Shown: positions 30,807-40,771, counted from the first letter of the stretch. The stretch: DNA of 64,000 bases from Candidatus Anstonellales archaeon (GCA_038890745.1 JAWAFD010000001.1:1-64000); one strand, 5' to 3'. Notes: generated by a model from the sequence alone, not told the origin. Numbers and translations: made by a program.

Positions 30807-32144
30807 ATGAGTATTCATTTCGGAACAAATGGAATAAGGGGGAACTTTGAAGAGCTAACCCCTGAGCTTGCGTTGAAATTGGGGAAGGGAATAGGAAGAT
30901 ATTTGGGGAAAAAGATTGGGGTTGGAAGGGATGGAAGAAAAACCGGCCTCTGTTTGAAAAACGCGCTCATTTCTGGCTTGCTGAGCGTTGGGTGCAACGT
31001 GATAGATTTTGATATCGTCCCTTCTCCTACGGCAGAGTTTATGATCAAGGAGCTTGGTTTGGATGGGGTTGCGGTTGTTACGGCAAGCCATAACCCTCCT
31101 GAATGGAATGCTATAAAAGTTACCGATAGAAAAATGATTGCGGTTAGCCGGGAGAGGGGAGGAAAAATAGAGAAAATTATGGAGAAAGCAAAGAATGTAA
31201 AATGGACCGAGGTTGGAGAGTATAGAAAGGAAGAAAACACGGTAAGGATGCATATTGAAAAGATAAAAAATTTTATTGACTGCGAAGCGATCGCGAGGAA
31301 AAATCCATTTTTTATTCTTGATTGCGGAAATGGGACTGCTTCTTTAATGGTTGAATTGTTTAAAGAGATCGGAGTGAAAGTAGTAAGCATAAACGATTTT
31401 ATTGATTGGAGGTTTCCGGGTAGGGAATCAGAACCAACAGAGGAACATCTTAAGGATTTGAAAAGGGCTGTTGTTGAGCTAAAGGCAGATGGGGGGATCG
31501 CATGGGATGGAGATGGGGATAGGGTCGTTTTTATAGATGAGAAAGGAAGTTTTGTAAGCGGGGATAAGGTTGTCGGACTATCTGTTCTGAAATCCGCTAT
31601 GGACGGAAAAAAAGGAAAATTCGTAACAACCGTTGCAACGAGCAGGGTTGCGAGCGATACTGCAAAGAAATATGGGTATACTGTTGTTTACACTAAGGTT
31701 GGAGCACCTTATCTGAGCGAAGAGGCTGTAAAAGGGGCTGCGATTGCTGGTGAAGAGGTCGGTGGGGTTATCTGGCCTGAACTAAGTTTGGCAAAGGATG
31801 GGTTCACAACTGCGGCTAAAATAATTGAGCTTATTGTAAAGGACGGAAGAAAATTCAGCGAGATTGTTGAGGAAGAATTGCCAAAGTATTATTTTGTGAA
31901 AACAAAAATTCCGTGTAAAGATGAGAAGAAGAAAGGGGTTATGGAGAGGATAAAAAAAGAGATGAAAAAAGAGTATGGAAAGATCATAACTATCGATGGG
32001 GTCAGGGCGGATTATGATGGGGGATGGGTGATAGTAAGGGCAAGCGGGACAGAACCAATAATAAGGATATTTTCCGAAAATAGAGAAGAGAAGAAAGCAA
32101 AAGAGGTAATGGAGTATTGGATGGAGAGGGTTAGAAAAGTATAA
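30807..32144 (+). CDS. Phosphohexomutase (PMM/PGM/GlmM family)
   Basis: FGTNGIRG, TASHNP, DGDGDR, GEE.GG, RASGTEP. Confidence 0.93.
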   Translation: MSIHFGTNGIRGNFEELTPELALKLGKGIGRYLGKKIGVGRDGRKTGLCLKNALISGLLSVGCNVIDFDIVPSPTAEFMIKELGLDGVAVVTASHNPPEWNAIKVTDRKMIAVSRERGGKIEKIMEKAKNVKWTEVGEYRKEENTVRMHIEKIKNFIDCEAIARKNPFFILDCGNGTASLMVELFKEIGVKVVSINDFIDWRFPGRESEPTEEHLKDLKRAVVELKADGGIAWDGDGDRVVFIDEKGSFVSGDKVVGLSVLKSAMDGKKGKFVTTVATSRVASDTAKKYGYTVVYTKVGAPYLSEEAVKGAAIAGEEVGGVIWPELSLAKDGFTTAAKIIELIVKDGRKFSEIVEEELPKYYFVKTKIPCKDEKKKGVMERIKKEMKKEYGKIITIDGVRADYDGGWVIVRASGTEPIIRIFSENREEKKAKEVMEYWMERVRKV

Positions 32145-32146
32145 GT

Positions 32147-32644
32147 CTATATCTTATGAATAATCGCAACTGCTTCCTTTATCTTATCAGTAATCTTATC
32201 TGCAGTATCTCTCAGTAAGAGCCAACTATTCATTATTTCCATGTGTGTTACGCCGGTTAGTCTTTCCACGGTCCCTACTATGTCTGGACCAGGTTCTGAT
32301 TTCAATCTTACTGAGCCAAGGAAGAAGGCTGTCAGTTTTTTATTTTTCTTTGTTATATTTGTTTTGATGGAACGAAGCGAATTCAACAATGTTTGTGTAA
32401 TATTTTTAAACTCGGTAAGTTTGTTTTCTCCATATTTACTTCGATCCCCGTATGCAAGCTCTTTGAACATAGATGTAAAGGCCTCTAATTGATTCAGAAC
32501 ATCGTTTGCCCTTTCTCTTGCCGGGATAGGAACATTGCGCTTTGTCATTTTTTCAATGAGATCTTTCCACCTGGATTGTAAGGTCCGCAGCTGTTTGCTA
32601 ATCTCCTCCTTCTTACTACTACCATGCTTAATTCTTCTCATCAT
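32147..32644 (-). CDS. Hypothetical protein, paralog of 35762-36298
   Basis: Shared LAYGDRSK.G..KL.EF and RDTA....I..AV.II motifs. Confidence 0.7.
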   Translation of the reverse strand: MMRRIKHGSSKKEEISKQLRTLQSRWKDLIEKMTKRNVPIPARERANDVLNQLEAFTSMFKELAYGDRSKYGENKLTEFKNITQTLLNSLRSIKTNITKKNKKLTAFFLGSVRLKSEPGPDIVGTVERLTGVTHMEIMNSWLLLRDTADKITDKIKEAVAIIHKI

Positions 32645-32692
32645 GTCACCTAAATCTTTTATTTTATGTTTTGTTATTATGTGTGAAAAAGT

Positions 32693-33523
32693 TTATAAAT
32701 GTTTTTTATAGTTTTTTATCTTCAAATCTAACTCCTTTGCCTCCTCAAAACTCGCTCTAACGAAATCCTTTGTCTGTTTTTTCTCGTATGCATAAGCAAG
32801 AGAGGAAGAAACGTTTATTCGGTGTATGGATGGGTTTGGTTTTATTGCTTTCATAACGGTTTCCAGATCTCCTCCCTGCGCACCTATCCCAGGAATGAGC
32901 ATAGGGACTTTGGCTTTTGTTTTTTCGCATACTTTCAGAATGTCTTCGCTTGTTGCACCAACAACTATTCCTGTTTTCCATTCCATAGCTTTCTCAACTA
33001 CCTTCTCATACACCCGACCACCGGTTTTTAACTCAAGCATCTGAAAATCCTCTGCCCCTTTGTTGCTTGTTCTCGCAAGAAGATAAACAAAACCTTTCTG
33101 CAAAAACGGCTGAACAGAATCAAAACCCATGTAAGGGCTTACGGTAACTGCGTGAGCCTGCCAGAATTCAAAAACCTCTTTTGCATACGCCTCGCTTGTC
33201 TTTCCAATATCCCCTCTTTTTGCATCCAAAATTATGAATAACTCATCCCTGTATCTTTCAATAAGGTGCTCAAGGGCAAAAAGCCCTTCAAACCCGTACT
33301 GCGCAAAAAATGCATAGTTTGGCTTTATGGTTCGTATGAGGTTTTCTTCCTTGAGCTTATCTATTATTGGGTAGAAAAAATTTTCTATTCTATCCTCTAT
33401 TGTTCCTTCAATAGGAATCTTTTCTATAACAGGGTCTATGCCAAAACAGAGAAGCGAGGTTTTTCCATCTTCTTCAAGCTTTGATAATGTCTTTTGCAAA
33501 TTTTTCAACCTCCTTTGCTCCAT
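32693..33523 (-). CDS. pyrF: Orotidine-5'-phosphate decarboxylase
   Basis: LCFGIDP, KPNYAFF, LDAKRGDIG.T, SPYMG.DS, PGIGAQGG; start uncertain. Confidence 0.92.
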   Translation of the reverse strand: MEQRRLKNLQKTLSKLEEDGKTSLLCFGIDPVIEKIPIEGTIEDRIENFFYPIIDKLKEENLIRTIKPNYAFFAQYGFEGLFALEHLIERYRDELFIILDAKRGDIGKTSEAYAKEVFEFWQAHAVTVSPYMGFDSVQPFLQKGFVYLLARTSNKGAEDFQMLELKTGGRVYEKVVEKAMEWKTGIVVGATSEDILKVCEKTKAKVPMLIPGIGAQGGDLETVMKAIKPNPSIHRINVSSSLAYAYEKKQTKDFVRASFEEAKELDLKIKNYKKHL

Positions 33524-34499
33524 CAAAATTCTTTGCAAAGGAATAAAAGCGTTTAAGGTTTGGTCTTAAAGAAAGTGCTTTTTCTATTGCAAAATCAAGA
33601 ACGTTCTCATCAAGCCAGCGCGGGTTTACCAAAACCCCCAACCCAAGCCGCTCAACGCCTTGTGCGTTTTCAACCCTTTCGGTATAATTCTCCAAAGGCG
33701 CAACAACCATCGGCTTTTTCATTAAAACGCATTCCATTATGCTCGTATGCCCGCCATGTAGTATGCAAAACTCGCTGTGGAGCATGTAGTCTCGAATATC
33801 TTTCACAAAATTTATATTGCGCATTCTTTCTTTCCTGCTTCCTTTTATAAAATAATTATACTTTGATTTTTTCAGAACATGGAGAATATTTGTAGAGGTA
33901 TCCGAACCACCTGAAACAACCGCCCCAAAACCTTTCTTTGTTTTTTTTGTTTTTTTTGGTTTTACGGTTGGTCCAACAAACCTTATGGGTATGTTTGTGT
34001 CAAGCCTTTTCGCCGGAGAGATGTTAAACGGAGGGGGAAAATCAACTATGGCTATCCCATCAACTGAGGAGAAAATCTGCGTGAATAGTTTTTCTGTTAT
34101 TTTTCTAACAAAAAACCCTGAAAAAAAGGTCGAGGGGTCTATTTGGTTAAGCACGACAAGTGTTTTTATTCCCATCATCTTCCCCATCGCAATTCCAAGA
34201 GGGGTGGAATCCACTATTACAACATCACTATCTTTTAGGGCCGAGATAGAAGTGGCAAGAATTTTTGGGTTTATTGCCTTAGCGCTTTTCACTATTGTCT
34301 TTACCCAATCTACCCCCTCTTCATCTACCTCTAGATTATATGGTTCTGGAATTTTTCTAACCTCCACTCCATAAGAGGAGAGAAACCTAGCCCCTGTTCC
34401 ATAGCTTATTACCTCCCTTTTCTTGAACCTTTGGATTATTGGGAGCATTCTGGATGCATGGCCATACCCAATCCCTTCAACAAAAAAGGTTGCTTTCAT
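33474..34499 (-). CDS. GT-B glycosyltransferase (GT28/MJ1255-like)
   Basis: GIGYGHASR, HGGHTSIME, E...NA...ERLGLG. Confidence 0.8.
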   Translation of the reverse strand: MKATFFVEGIGYGHASRMLPIIQRFKKREVISYGTGARFLSSYGVEVRKIPEPYNLEVDEEGVDWVKTIVKSAKAINPKILATSISALKDSDVVIVDSTPLGIAMGKMMGIKTLVVLNQIDPSTFFSGFFVRKITEKLFTQIFSSVDGIAIVDFPPPFNISPAKRLDTNIPIRFVGPTVKPKKTKKTKKGFGAVVSGGSDTSTNILHVLKKSKYNYFIKGSRKERMRNINFVKDIRDYMLHSEFCILHGGHTSIMECVLMKKPMVVAPLENYTERVENAQGVERLGLGVLVNPRWLDENVLDFAIEKALSLRPNLKRFYSFAKNFDGAKEVEKFAKDIIKA

Positions 34500-35158
34500 G
34501 CCTTACTCCCATATTCTTTAAAGTATTCCAAGAATGCGGAATATATTTTGTCGTCAACGTGTATTTTTCCATCAATCTTTCTGTTGTGGAGATAGTCAAA
34601 AATCTCTGTTATTTTTGCAACAGAATATACCGGCATACCGAATTCCTTTTCAAATTCCTTTATCGCGTTTTCCCTTTCTCCTTTTTCTTCCCTGTCAACT
34701 GCGATCACTATCCCAAGAATGTTAACGCCGGCTGTCCTCTTCAGTTTGTTTATGCTCTCAACCTTCGTGCCACCGGTTGTGAAAACATCATCAACCATTA
34801 CGATCTTCTGGCCATCGCGAGGTCCATCACCTATAAAAACCCCCTTATCCCCGTATTCCTTCTCCTGCTTCCTGTCAAAAAGCCATGTCTTGTTTATTTT
34901 GAAATGCTTTGCAAGCGCAACGGAAACTGAAACAGCAAGGGGAATTCCCTTGTACGCCGGCCCGTATATTGTATCAAATTCAGGAAATTTTTCTTTTATC
35001 ACCCGCGCATACGCCTTCGCCAGTTCGTACGTGCCCTCCCCATCAGCAATCACACCTGTGCTTATGAAATATGGGCTTTTCCTTCCGCTTTTTAAAGTAA
35101 ACTCACCGAATTTAATTGCTCCTCTTCTTACGAGGAGCTCAACAAACCTCTTATCCAT
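34496..35158 (-). CDS. pyrE: Orotate phosphoribosyltransferase
   Basis: FGEFTLKSGRKSPYF, GPAYKGIP, VDDVFTTG. Confidence 0.95.
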   Translation of the reverse strand: MDKRFVELLVRRGAIKFGEFTLKSGRKSPYFISTGVIADGEGTYELAKAYARVIKEKFPEFDTIYGPAYKGIPLAVSVSVALAKHFKINKTWLFDRKQEKEYGDKGVFIGDGPRDGQKIVMVDDVFTTGGTKVESINKLKRTAGVNILGIVIAVDREEKGERENAIKEFEKEFGMPVYSVAKITEIFDYLHNRKIDGKIHVDDKIYSAFLEYFKEYGSKA

Positions 35159-35162
35159 AAGC

Positions 35163-35711
35163 TCACCTAAAAATTTTTGTGAAAACGAATATTAAAATAC
35201 CTCCTATTAGCGCGGTTGTGAATTGAAGAATACCCATCGCTTCCAAAAACATTTCTGGAAGCTGAATTGTATTATGGAGAATGAATGCTGAGGTGAATAG
35301 GAATGAGGATTTGAGAAGCGCACCTACTAATAATGAGAGGAAGTAGTTTTTGTTTAGTTTTGCGTGCAGATATTTTATTGAGAAAAGAAGGAGCGCGTTT
35401 CCTATCCATATAAAAGGAATTAGATAAGCAAGGAAGATTGTTAAAGGACCAAAAAGCAGACCCCTTGAGAATGCAGCGATGCTTGGGAGAAGAATGACCG
35501 GTAGTATATTTTTTCCTTTGAAACGAAGCGCTGCAAAAATTATGAATGAGTTTACAAGCGCGCCTGTGAGAAGCTGCGGGTGAGGGATGAAAAAAGGGAT
35601 TGCAAAGGAGAGGAGAGACACAACGCAAAGCTCCAGGAATTCGTAATTTTCTTTAAGCACATACTTTCTCTCATAACTTAGATTTGAGAGGAAAGAATAG
35701 ATGTCTTTCAT
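35163..35711 (-). CDS. Membrane protein, ECF S-component-like
   Basis: QLLTGALVN, LLPS, IPFIWIGN, QFTTALIGG; about 6 TM helices. Confidence 0.65.
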   Translation of the reverse strand: MKDIYSFLSNLSYERKYVLKENYEFLELCVVSLLSFAIPFFIPHPQLLTGALVNSFIIFAALRFKGKNILPVILLPSIAAFSRGLLFGPLTIFLAYLIPFIWIGNALLLFSIKYLHAKLNKNYFLSLLVGALLKSSFLFTSAFILHNTIQLPEMFLEAMGILQFTTALIGGILIFVFTKIFR

Positions 35712-35761
35712 AAAAAAAATAAAATCAAAAGGGGTTAAAAAGGTTTCTTATGTAACTATAG

Positions 35762-36298
35762 TTACAATTCATACTTCTCTTTTATAATCGTTACTGCCTG
35801 CTCTATTTCTTCAATAGTCCTTCCAGCAGTATCCCTTACAGAATCCCACCAGCCGATTGTTTTCTGTCTAAACATTATTTTTTTCAGAACCCATAATTCA
35901 AACCTACTCCACCAGTTTTTACTATACTCCTCCTCAATTTTATAAACTTGTTTTTCTGCATTCGCTTTAGTTGAGTGCAGTAGTTTCCAAAGCATTTCAG
36001 CAAAACTTATGAACTCATCCAACTTATCTTTTCCGAATTTGCTGCGATCTCCGTATGCTAGTTTTTGGAACATGTATGCAAACGCAGCAACCATGGGCCC
36101 GAGTTCTCCTTCTTTCCCTTCTTTTATCCGCTCTACCCGATAGCCATTCTCCAGTTTTCTCTCCTTTTCTCCCAGAAGCTCCATCCATTTAAATGCCAAT
36201 TTGTTCAACCGTTTGATAGTATACTCTTCAAGACCGCCGTGATTAAAATACCCCTTGGCCGTGGATTTAAGCCTCTCTCCAAATCCAACTTTTCTCAT
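35762..36298 (-). CDS. Hypothetical protein, paralog of 32147-32644
   Basis: Shared protein motifs and shared upstream sequence with its paralog. Confidence 0.7.
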   Translation of the reverse strand: MRKVGFGERLKSTAKGYFNHGGLEEYTIKRLNKLAFKWMELLGEKERKLENGYRVERIKEGKEGELGPMVAAFAYMFQKLAYGDRSKFGKDKLDEFISFAEMLWKLLHSTKANAEKQVYKIEEEYSKNWWSRFELWVLKKIMFRQKTIGWWDSVRDTAGRTIEEIEQAVTIIKEKYEL

Positions 36299-36405
36299 AT
36301 AAAATCACCTCTATATGTTTTATTTTATGTTTTATTGTTATGTGTGAAAAGGTTTATAAATATAGATGTTAGCAAACTTTTAAAAAACAGTTGAGAAAAA
36401 AACAC

Positions 36406-37035
36406 ATGGCAAAAATTTACTTTGATATTGACGATACGCTTTTTCCAAGCACCGAATTTGCAGAACTTGCCAGAAAGAACGGGGTTAGGGCAATGGTTGA
36501 AATGGGGCTTGATGAGGATCCGGAGAAACTCTACTCCATGCTCATGGAGATTGTTGAAAGAATGGGTCCAAACTACACAAAGCATTTTGACGAACTTTGC
36601 AGGGAATTGGGGATAAAAAAGCCGGCAAAGTATATTGCCGCGGCTGTTGCTGCCTACCATGACACAAAAACCGCTATCATGCCTTTCCCCGAGGTTCCTT
36701 CTGTTCTTCTAAAATTAAGGGAATCTGGGCATGAGCTTTATGTCGCGAGCGAGGGGGAGGAGAAGAAACAATGGGACAAGCTTATAAGGCTGGGTTTGCA
36801 GTGGTTTTTTCATGGTGTTTTTGTAACAAAAAGGAAGAGCGCCCATTTCTTCAAAACCCTCCAGCGCGGTGTTGTTGTTGGAGACCATCCCATAAGGGAT
36901 ATCGAGTATGCAAAAACAGCTGGCCACATTGCTGTAAGGGTCCTGAGAGGAAAACACGCGAAAGAAGAAAGCAGAGCGGATTATGAAATAAAAAACCTGA
37001 AAGAACTATTAAGCATTAAAAACATTTTGATTTAA
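36406..37035 (+). CDS. HAD-superfamily hydrolase
   Basis: FDIDDTL, KQWDKLIRLGL, VGD...DI..A. Confidence 0.85.
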   Translation: MAKIYFDIDDTLFPSTEFAELARKNGVRAMVEMGLDEDPEKLYSMLMEIVERMGPNYTKHFDELCRELGIKKPAKYIAAAVAAYHDTKTAIMPFPEVPSVLLKLRESGHELYVASEGEEKKQWDKLIRLGLQWFFHGVFVTKRKSAHFFKTLQRGVVVGDHPIRDIEYAKTAGHIAVRVLRGKHAKEESRADYEIKNLKELLSIKNILI

Positions 37036-37059
37036 AGATAAGTCAGGTTTGGTGGTTGA

Positions 37060-37896
37060 ATGAAAAATATTTTAATTGTGTTTGGAATTGTTGGGTTGTT
37101 TTTGATCCTTTCTGGATGTGTTGGTGGATGCGAGAGCGACGCAAACTGTAAATCCTGGCAGAGATGCAATATAGAGAAGAAGATATGCGAACCAAAGGAA
37201 GGGATGTGCGACAGTTCTTCCGATTGTAAAGAGTGGGAAATATGCGACACAAAAACCCACTACTGCGTTGTAAAATCAGGGATGTGCGCGCGCGATGGGG
37301 ATTGCGAAACATGGCAGGTTTGCGACACCTCTTCCCATAAATGCAAGGCAAAGCCTGGCTTTTGTGTAAGTAATGAAGAGTGCGGAGAGATAGAGGTATG
37401 CGATGCTGAGAGTCATAGGTGCAAACCTGCAAAGGGATATTGCTACAACAATTATGATTGTAATTACTGGGAATACTGCAACCTGGCTGAAAAAAGATGC
37501 TATCCTTATGAAGGAAAGTGCAACTCTGGGGCTGATTGTAAGGAATGGCAGTACTGCGATAATAAAACAAAAACATGTTACGCAAAAAAAGGGTATTGTG
37601 ATATAGATACGGATTGCGAAGAATGGCAGAGGTGCAATGAGAATACTCATTTATGCGTTCCGCTGCCGGGATACTGTGATGCCAACGAACAGTGCTCCTC
37701 GTGGGAGTTCTGCGAGCCTGAAGAGCATGTATGCACAGTAAAGAAGGGGTATTGCAACAGCGATAGAGACTGCGAGGAATGGCAGACATGCACGCTATCA
37801 ACGCATACATGCAAAACAAAATTAGGGAGGTGCGGAACAGATAAGGACTGCGGGGTTGGGGAGTACTGTGATGAAAGGACGCATACCTGCCATTAG
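37060..37896 (+). CDS. Cys-rich tandem-repeat lipoprotein
   Basis: Lipobox LSGC followed by ten ~26-aa G.C-x5-C-x5-C-x6-C repeats. Confidence 0.8.
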   Translation: MKNILIVFGIVGLFLILSGCVGGCESDANCKSWQRCNIEKKICEPKEGMCDSSSDCKEWEICDTKTHYCVVKSGMCARDGDCETWQVCDTSSHKCKAKPGFCVSNEECGEIEVCDAESHRCKPAKGYCYNNYDCNYWEYCNLAEKRCYPYEGKCNSGADCKEWQYCDNKTKTCYAKKGYCDIDTDCEEWQRCNENTHLCVPLPGYCDANEQCSSWEFCEPEEHVCTVKKGYCNSDRDCEEWQTCTLSTHTCKTKLGRCGTDKDCGVGEYCDERTHTCH

Positions 37897-37928
37897 TTTT
37901 TTATTCTATTTGTTTCATTTTAAACTTA

Positions 37929-38130
37929 GCCAAGGTAGCTCAGCCTGGTTATGAGCGCCAGACTCATAGGAAATAAACTTATGAGTGATGAGCCTTTTGG
38001 CGATGATATAAAATGGCGTTCTAACTTAGGAACGCTCTTAGAAGAAAATTCTTCTGAGAGATCTGGAGGTCGCGGGTCCAAAGAGCCCTTTTTGCTGGTG
38101 GAAAAGGGTTTGGAAATCCCGCCCTTGGCA
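37929..38130 (+). tRNA. Elongator tRNA-Met(CAT) with two introns (37969-38060 at 37/38; 38083-38116 at 59/60)
   Basis: GCCAAGG/CCTTGGC; CCAGA-CT-CAT-A|A-TCTGG with perfect CTCA/TGAG BHB helix; GCGGG-TCCAAA|T-CCCGC. Confidence 0.88.
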
Positions 38131-38144
38131 ATAATGGTGGTCGT

Positions 38145-39032
38145 GTGAACATAGAGGACACTGAAAAACTAGAGATAGAAAAAATGAAAAACATAGGCTT
38201 TCAAGCAACAAACCTAGGAATAGGGATAGAAATAATAAAAAGAATGAAAGAAGAGAAAGCAAAAATCTTCTTTGGCTTCACTGCAAACTTGGTTGCATCT
38301 GGAATCCGAGGGCTTATTGCTGATTGGGTGAGAAAAAAATTTGTTGATGTGATAGTAACCACCGGTGGCTCTCTTGACCATGATCTGATAAAAGCGCACA
38401 AACCTTATTTGCTTGGCTCTTTTTACGAGAATGATGCAGAACTCCATAAAAAAGGGATAAACAGAATTGGGAATATTCTCGTTCCGGGCGATAGATACGA
38501 ATTGCTTGAGAAAAAAATCCAGCCGATTTTTGAAAAATGCTATGAAAAATACGGAAGGATCGCTTCTCCAAGCGAGATTGCGTATGAGATCGGCTTAACA
38601 ATCCAAGACGATAGTTCTTTTCTAAAATGGGCTTCAAAAAATAACATTCCTGTTTTCTGCCCGGGGATTACGGATTCTGCAATAGGCCTGCAGACATACT
38701 TTTTTAAACACAAAAAAAAGGACTTTGGAATAGATGTAACAAAGGATATGAAAAGGCTTGCGGACATTGTTCTTAATGCTGAAAAAACAGGGGCAGTGGT
38801 TTTAGGAGGAGGGATAAGCAAGCATCATATTATAGGAGTAAATTTGCTTAGAGGAGGACTTGACTACGCTGTTTATGTAACTACCGCCCAGCCATGGGAC
38901 GGAAGTTTGAGTGGAGCCAGGACAGACGAGGGGATAAGCTGGGGGAAGATAAAGGAAAAAGCAAGACATGTAACAATAGATGGGGATGCAACTATTGTTT
39001 TTCCTTTGCTGCATTCAGGAGTAAGGATTTAA
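38145..39032 (+). CDS. dys: Deoxyhypusine synthase
   Basis: GFQAT.LG, INRIGN, LGGGISKHH, DGSLSGA...EGISWGK, GDATIVFP. Confidence 0.95.
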   Translation: MNIEDTEKLEIEKMKNIGFQATNLGIGIEIIKRMKEEKAKIFFGFTANLVASGIRGLIADWVRKKFVDVIVTTGGSLDHDLIKAHKPYLLGSFYENDAELHKKGINRIGNILVPGDRYELLEKKIQPIFEKCYEKYGRIASPSEIAYEIGLTIQDDSSFLKWASKNNIPVFCPGITDSAIGLQTYFFKHKKKDFGIDVTKDMKRLADIVLNAEKTGAVVLGGGISKHHIIGVNLLRGGLDYAVYVTTAQPWDGSLSGARTDEGISWGKIKEKARHVTIDGDATIVFPLLHSGVRI

Positions 39033-39065
39033 AAAATGTTTTGAATAAAGCAAATATGTGTAAAA

Positions 39066-39776
39066 ATGAAAACGCGCCTTATGATGCTTTTGATGGGCGG
39101 GCTTTCGGTTTTTTTACCTTTTGAAATAAACAAGCCACCACGCCCCCCTATTGCAAAGGTTTGGGCGTATGATCCGTTAACCGCCAACATACTCTCTTTT
39201 TATGAAGGGAAAAAATTGCTTAAAAAAGCCGGACCGAATCTAGAGTATGATAGTCTCTATGCTCTGCTAAAAAATGAAGGGTATAGTATCCCTTACTCGC
39301 CTCCAAAAGAAAAAATTAAAACCGAGCAAATTGTAGTAAAGATTCCAATAGATAGCTGCGATATAAAAGCAATAGTGCTCGAAAAATCAGAAAGGGCATA
39401 TATTTTATACCAGCTCTTGACAGGAAGGACAAAGGTAGACGTATTAGGAATAGATGAACTAAGACATCCATTTGGAAAAAAAGTTTTATTCACTGGGTAT
39501 TATTCTGATATAGACACAATAGACCTTGATTATGTGCTAACGCAATCAGATATGGCCTGTTTAGAGTTTGCAGTGCTATGTGGAAGTGTTCTACTTTCCT
39601 ATGGATACAGCCCAGAAATTAAAATACTTCTCAGTAAAAATGGGGGACATGCATTTATTCAAATTAACGGAATTATAATTGATGATGAGTACACAAGAAA
39701 AGAGGATATAATGCTAAAATATTATGGAAAAGAATGGGGAAAGGAGTATAGGATTATAAACCTTTTCCCTCAATAG
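39066..39776 (+). CDS. Secreted hypothetical protein, possible transglutaminase-like Cys protease
   Basis: Signal peptide; ACLEFAVL ... GHAF ... IIDD. Confidence 0.55.
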   Translation: MKTRLMMLLMGGLSVFLPFEINKPPRPPIAKVWAYDPLTANILSFYEGKKLLKKAGPNLEYDSLYALLKNEGYSIPYSPPKEKIKTEQIVVKIPIDSCDIKAIVLEKSERAYILYQLLTGRTKVDVLGIDELRHPFGKKVLFTGYYSDIDTIDLDYVLTQSDMACLEFAVLCGSVLLSYGYSPEIKILLSKNGGHAFIQINGIIIDDEYTRKEDIMLKYYGKEWGKEYRIINLFPQ

Positions 39777-39791
39777 AAATATGGTGAAAGT

Positions 39792-40235
39792 ATGAATGGA
39801 TCTAGACTTAAAACGGCGGTTGAAAAATATGTCGTCCTGCCTGCCCGCGAGCTAGACCCCAAGACTGGCCTGTTATGCGATGTGCTTAGGGCTGGAAATC
39901 GTGAATTATGGATTAAAGGTGTTGCAGAGACAGAATTTTTCAAGGAAATGACACCTAAAGGTCTAACAATTGATAAAGAGGGCTACACAAAACTACATGT
40001 AGCTGGAAAGACGGAGTTAGAGGAATTTAGAGTAAACGGTTTTTTTCAAAAAAATAGCTGTATAATCGCAGTACTCACCAACATGAGTAATGAGATCGTA
40101 TTTGGAACCTTAAATGAAGTTACTCGAAGATTTGGAAAAGATACAAAATATACTACATGGGAATTTATTCCCCTCGACAAGACAACAGGACAGATATCAA
40201 TCGGTGGAACGTTGTTTGACTATGAGATAAGATAA
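39792..40235 (+). CDS. Hypothetical protein
   Basis: 147-aa ORF with GGTGA RBS. Confidence 0.6.
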   Translation: MNGSRLKTAVEKYVVLPARELDPKTGLLCDVLRAGNRELWIKGVAETEFFKEMTPKGLTIDKEGYTKLHVAGKTELEEFRVNGFFQKNSCIIAVLTNMSNEIVFGTLNEVTRRFGKDTKYTTWEFIPLDKTTGQISIGGTLFDYEIR

Positions 40236-40276
40236 CCACAAAATAACTTTAAAAATCCGTAACCTCAAACTTACTT

Positions 40277-40771
40277 ATGAACCTAACATGCGCAATCCTT
40301 CTTTTTCTTGCTGGTTATCTGACTAAACTAAATGATGATGAGATTGATAAGGATAAAAAACATAGGGCAGAGCTTAGGCATGCGGTTATAGCTATAGTCG
40401 CTGCTCTTATGATACTTTATGTTTTTCTTTTTGGGGATGTTGAGGAATTTCTAATGGCTGTTGTTCTTGCATCCGTATTCATGGGAAAGATAGATAACCT
40501 TGCCCATGGAATATTAGCTGCATCGGTTATACTTGGTTTTGTGCTGATTGGAGGATACATAGACATAAATCTTCTTTTATTTTTCTTTATAGCCGCTGCT
40601 GTGGATGAGACAAACATTCCAATAATAAAGGATTATCGGCCAGTTCTAAAAATTGCAACACTCTACCCTGCATTCTTAGGGTACTATTCGCCATTGATCG
40701 CGGTGATAGTTTTTGATGCAGGATATGTTGCAAAATCGGTTTTGGAAAAAATTTTAAAAAATACTCTTTAG
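40277..40771 (+). CDS. Multi-pass membrane protein
   Basis: Hydrophobic helices, K..DD, GKID...H, DE motifs. Confidence 0.7.
   Translation: MNLTCAILLFLAGYLTKLNDDEIDKDKKHRAELRHAVIAIVAALMILYVFLFGDVEEFLMAVVLASVFMGKIDNLAHGILAASVILGFVLIGGYIDINLLLFFFIAAAVDETNIPIIKDYRPVLKIATLYPAFLGYYSPLIAVIVFDAGYVAKSVLEKILKNTL

Noticed and set aside
37929..38130. tRNA-Ile2(CAT) assignment
   Set aside because: The GCC-starting acceptor and CCAGA/TCTGG stem fit elongator Met better; not fully excluded.
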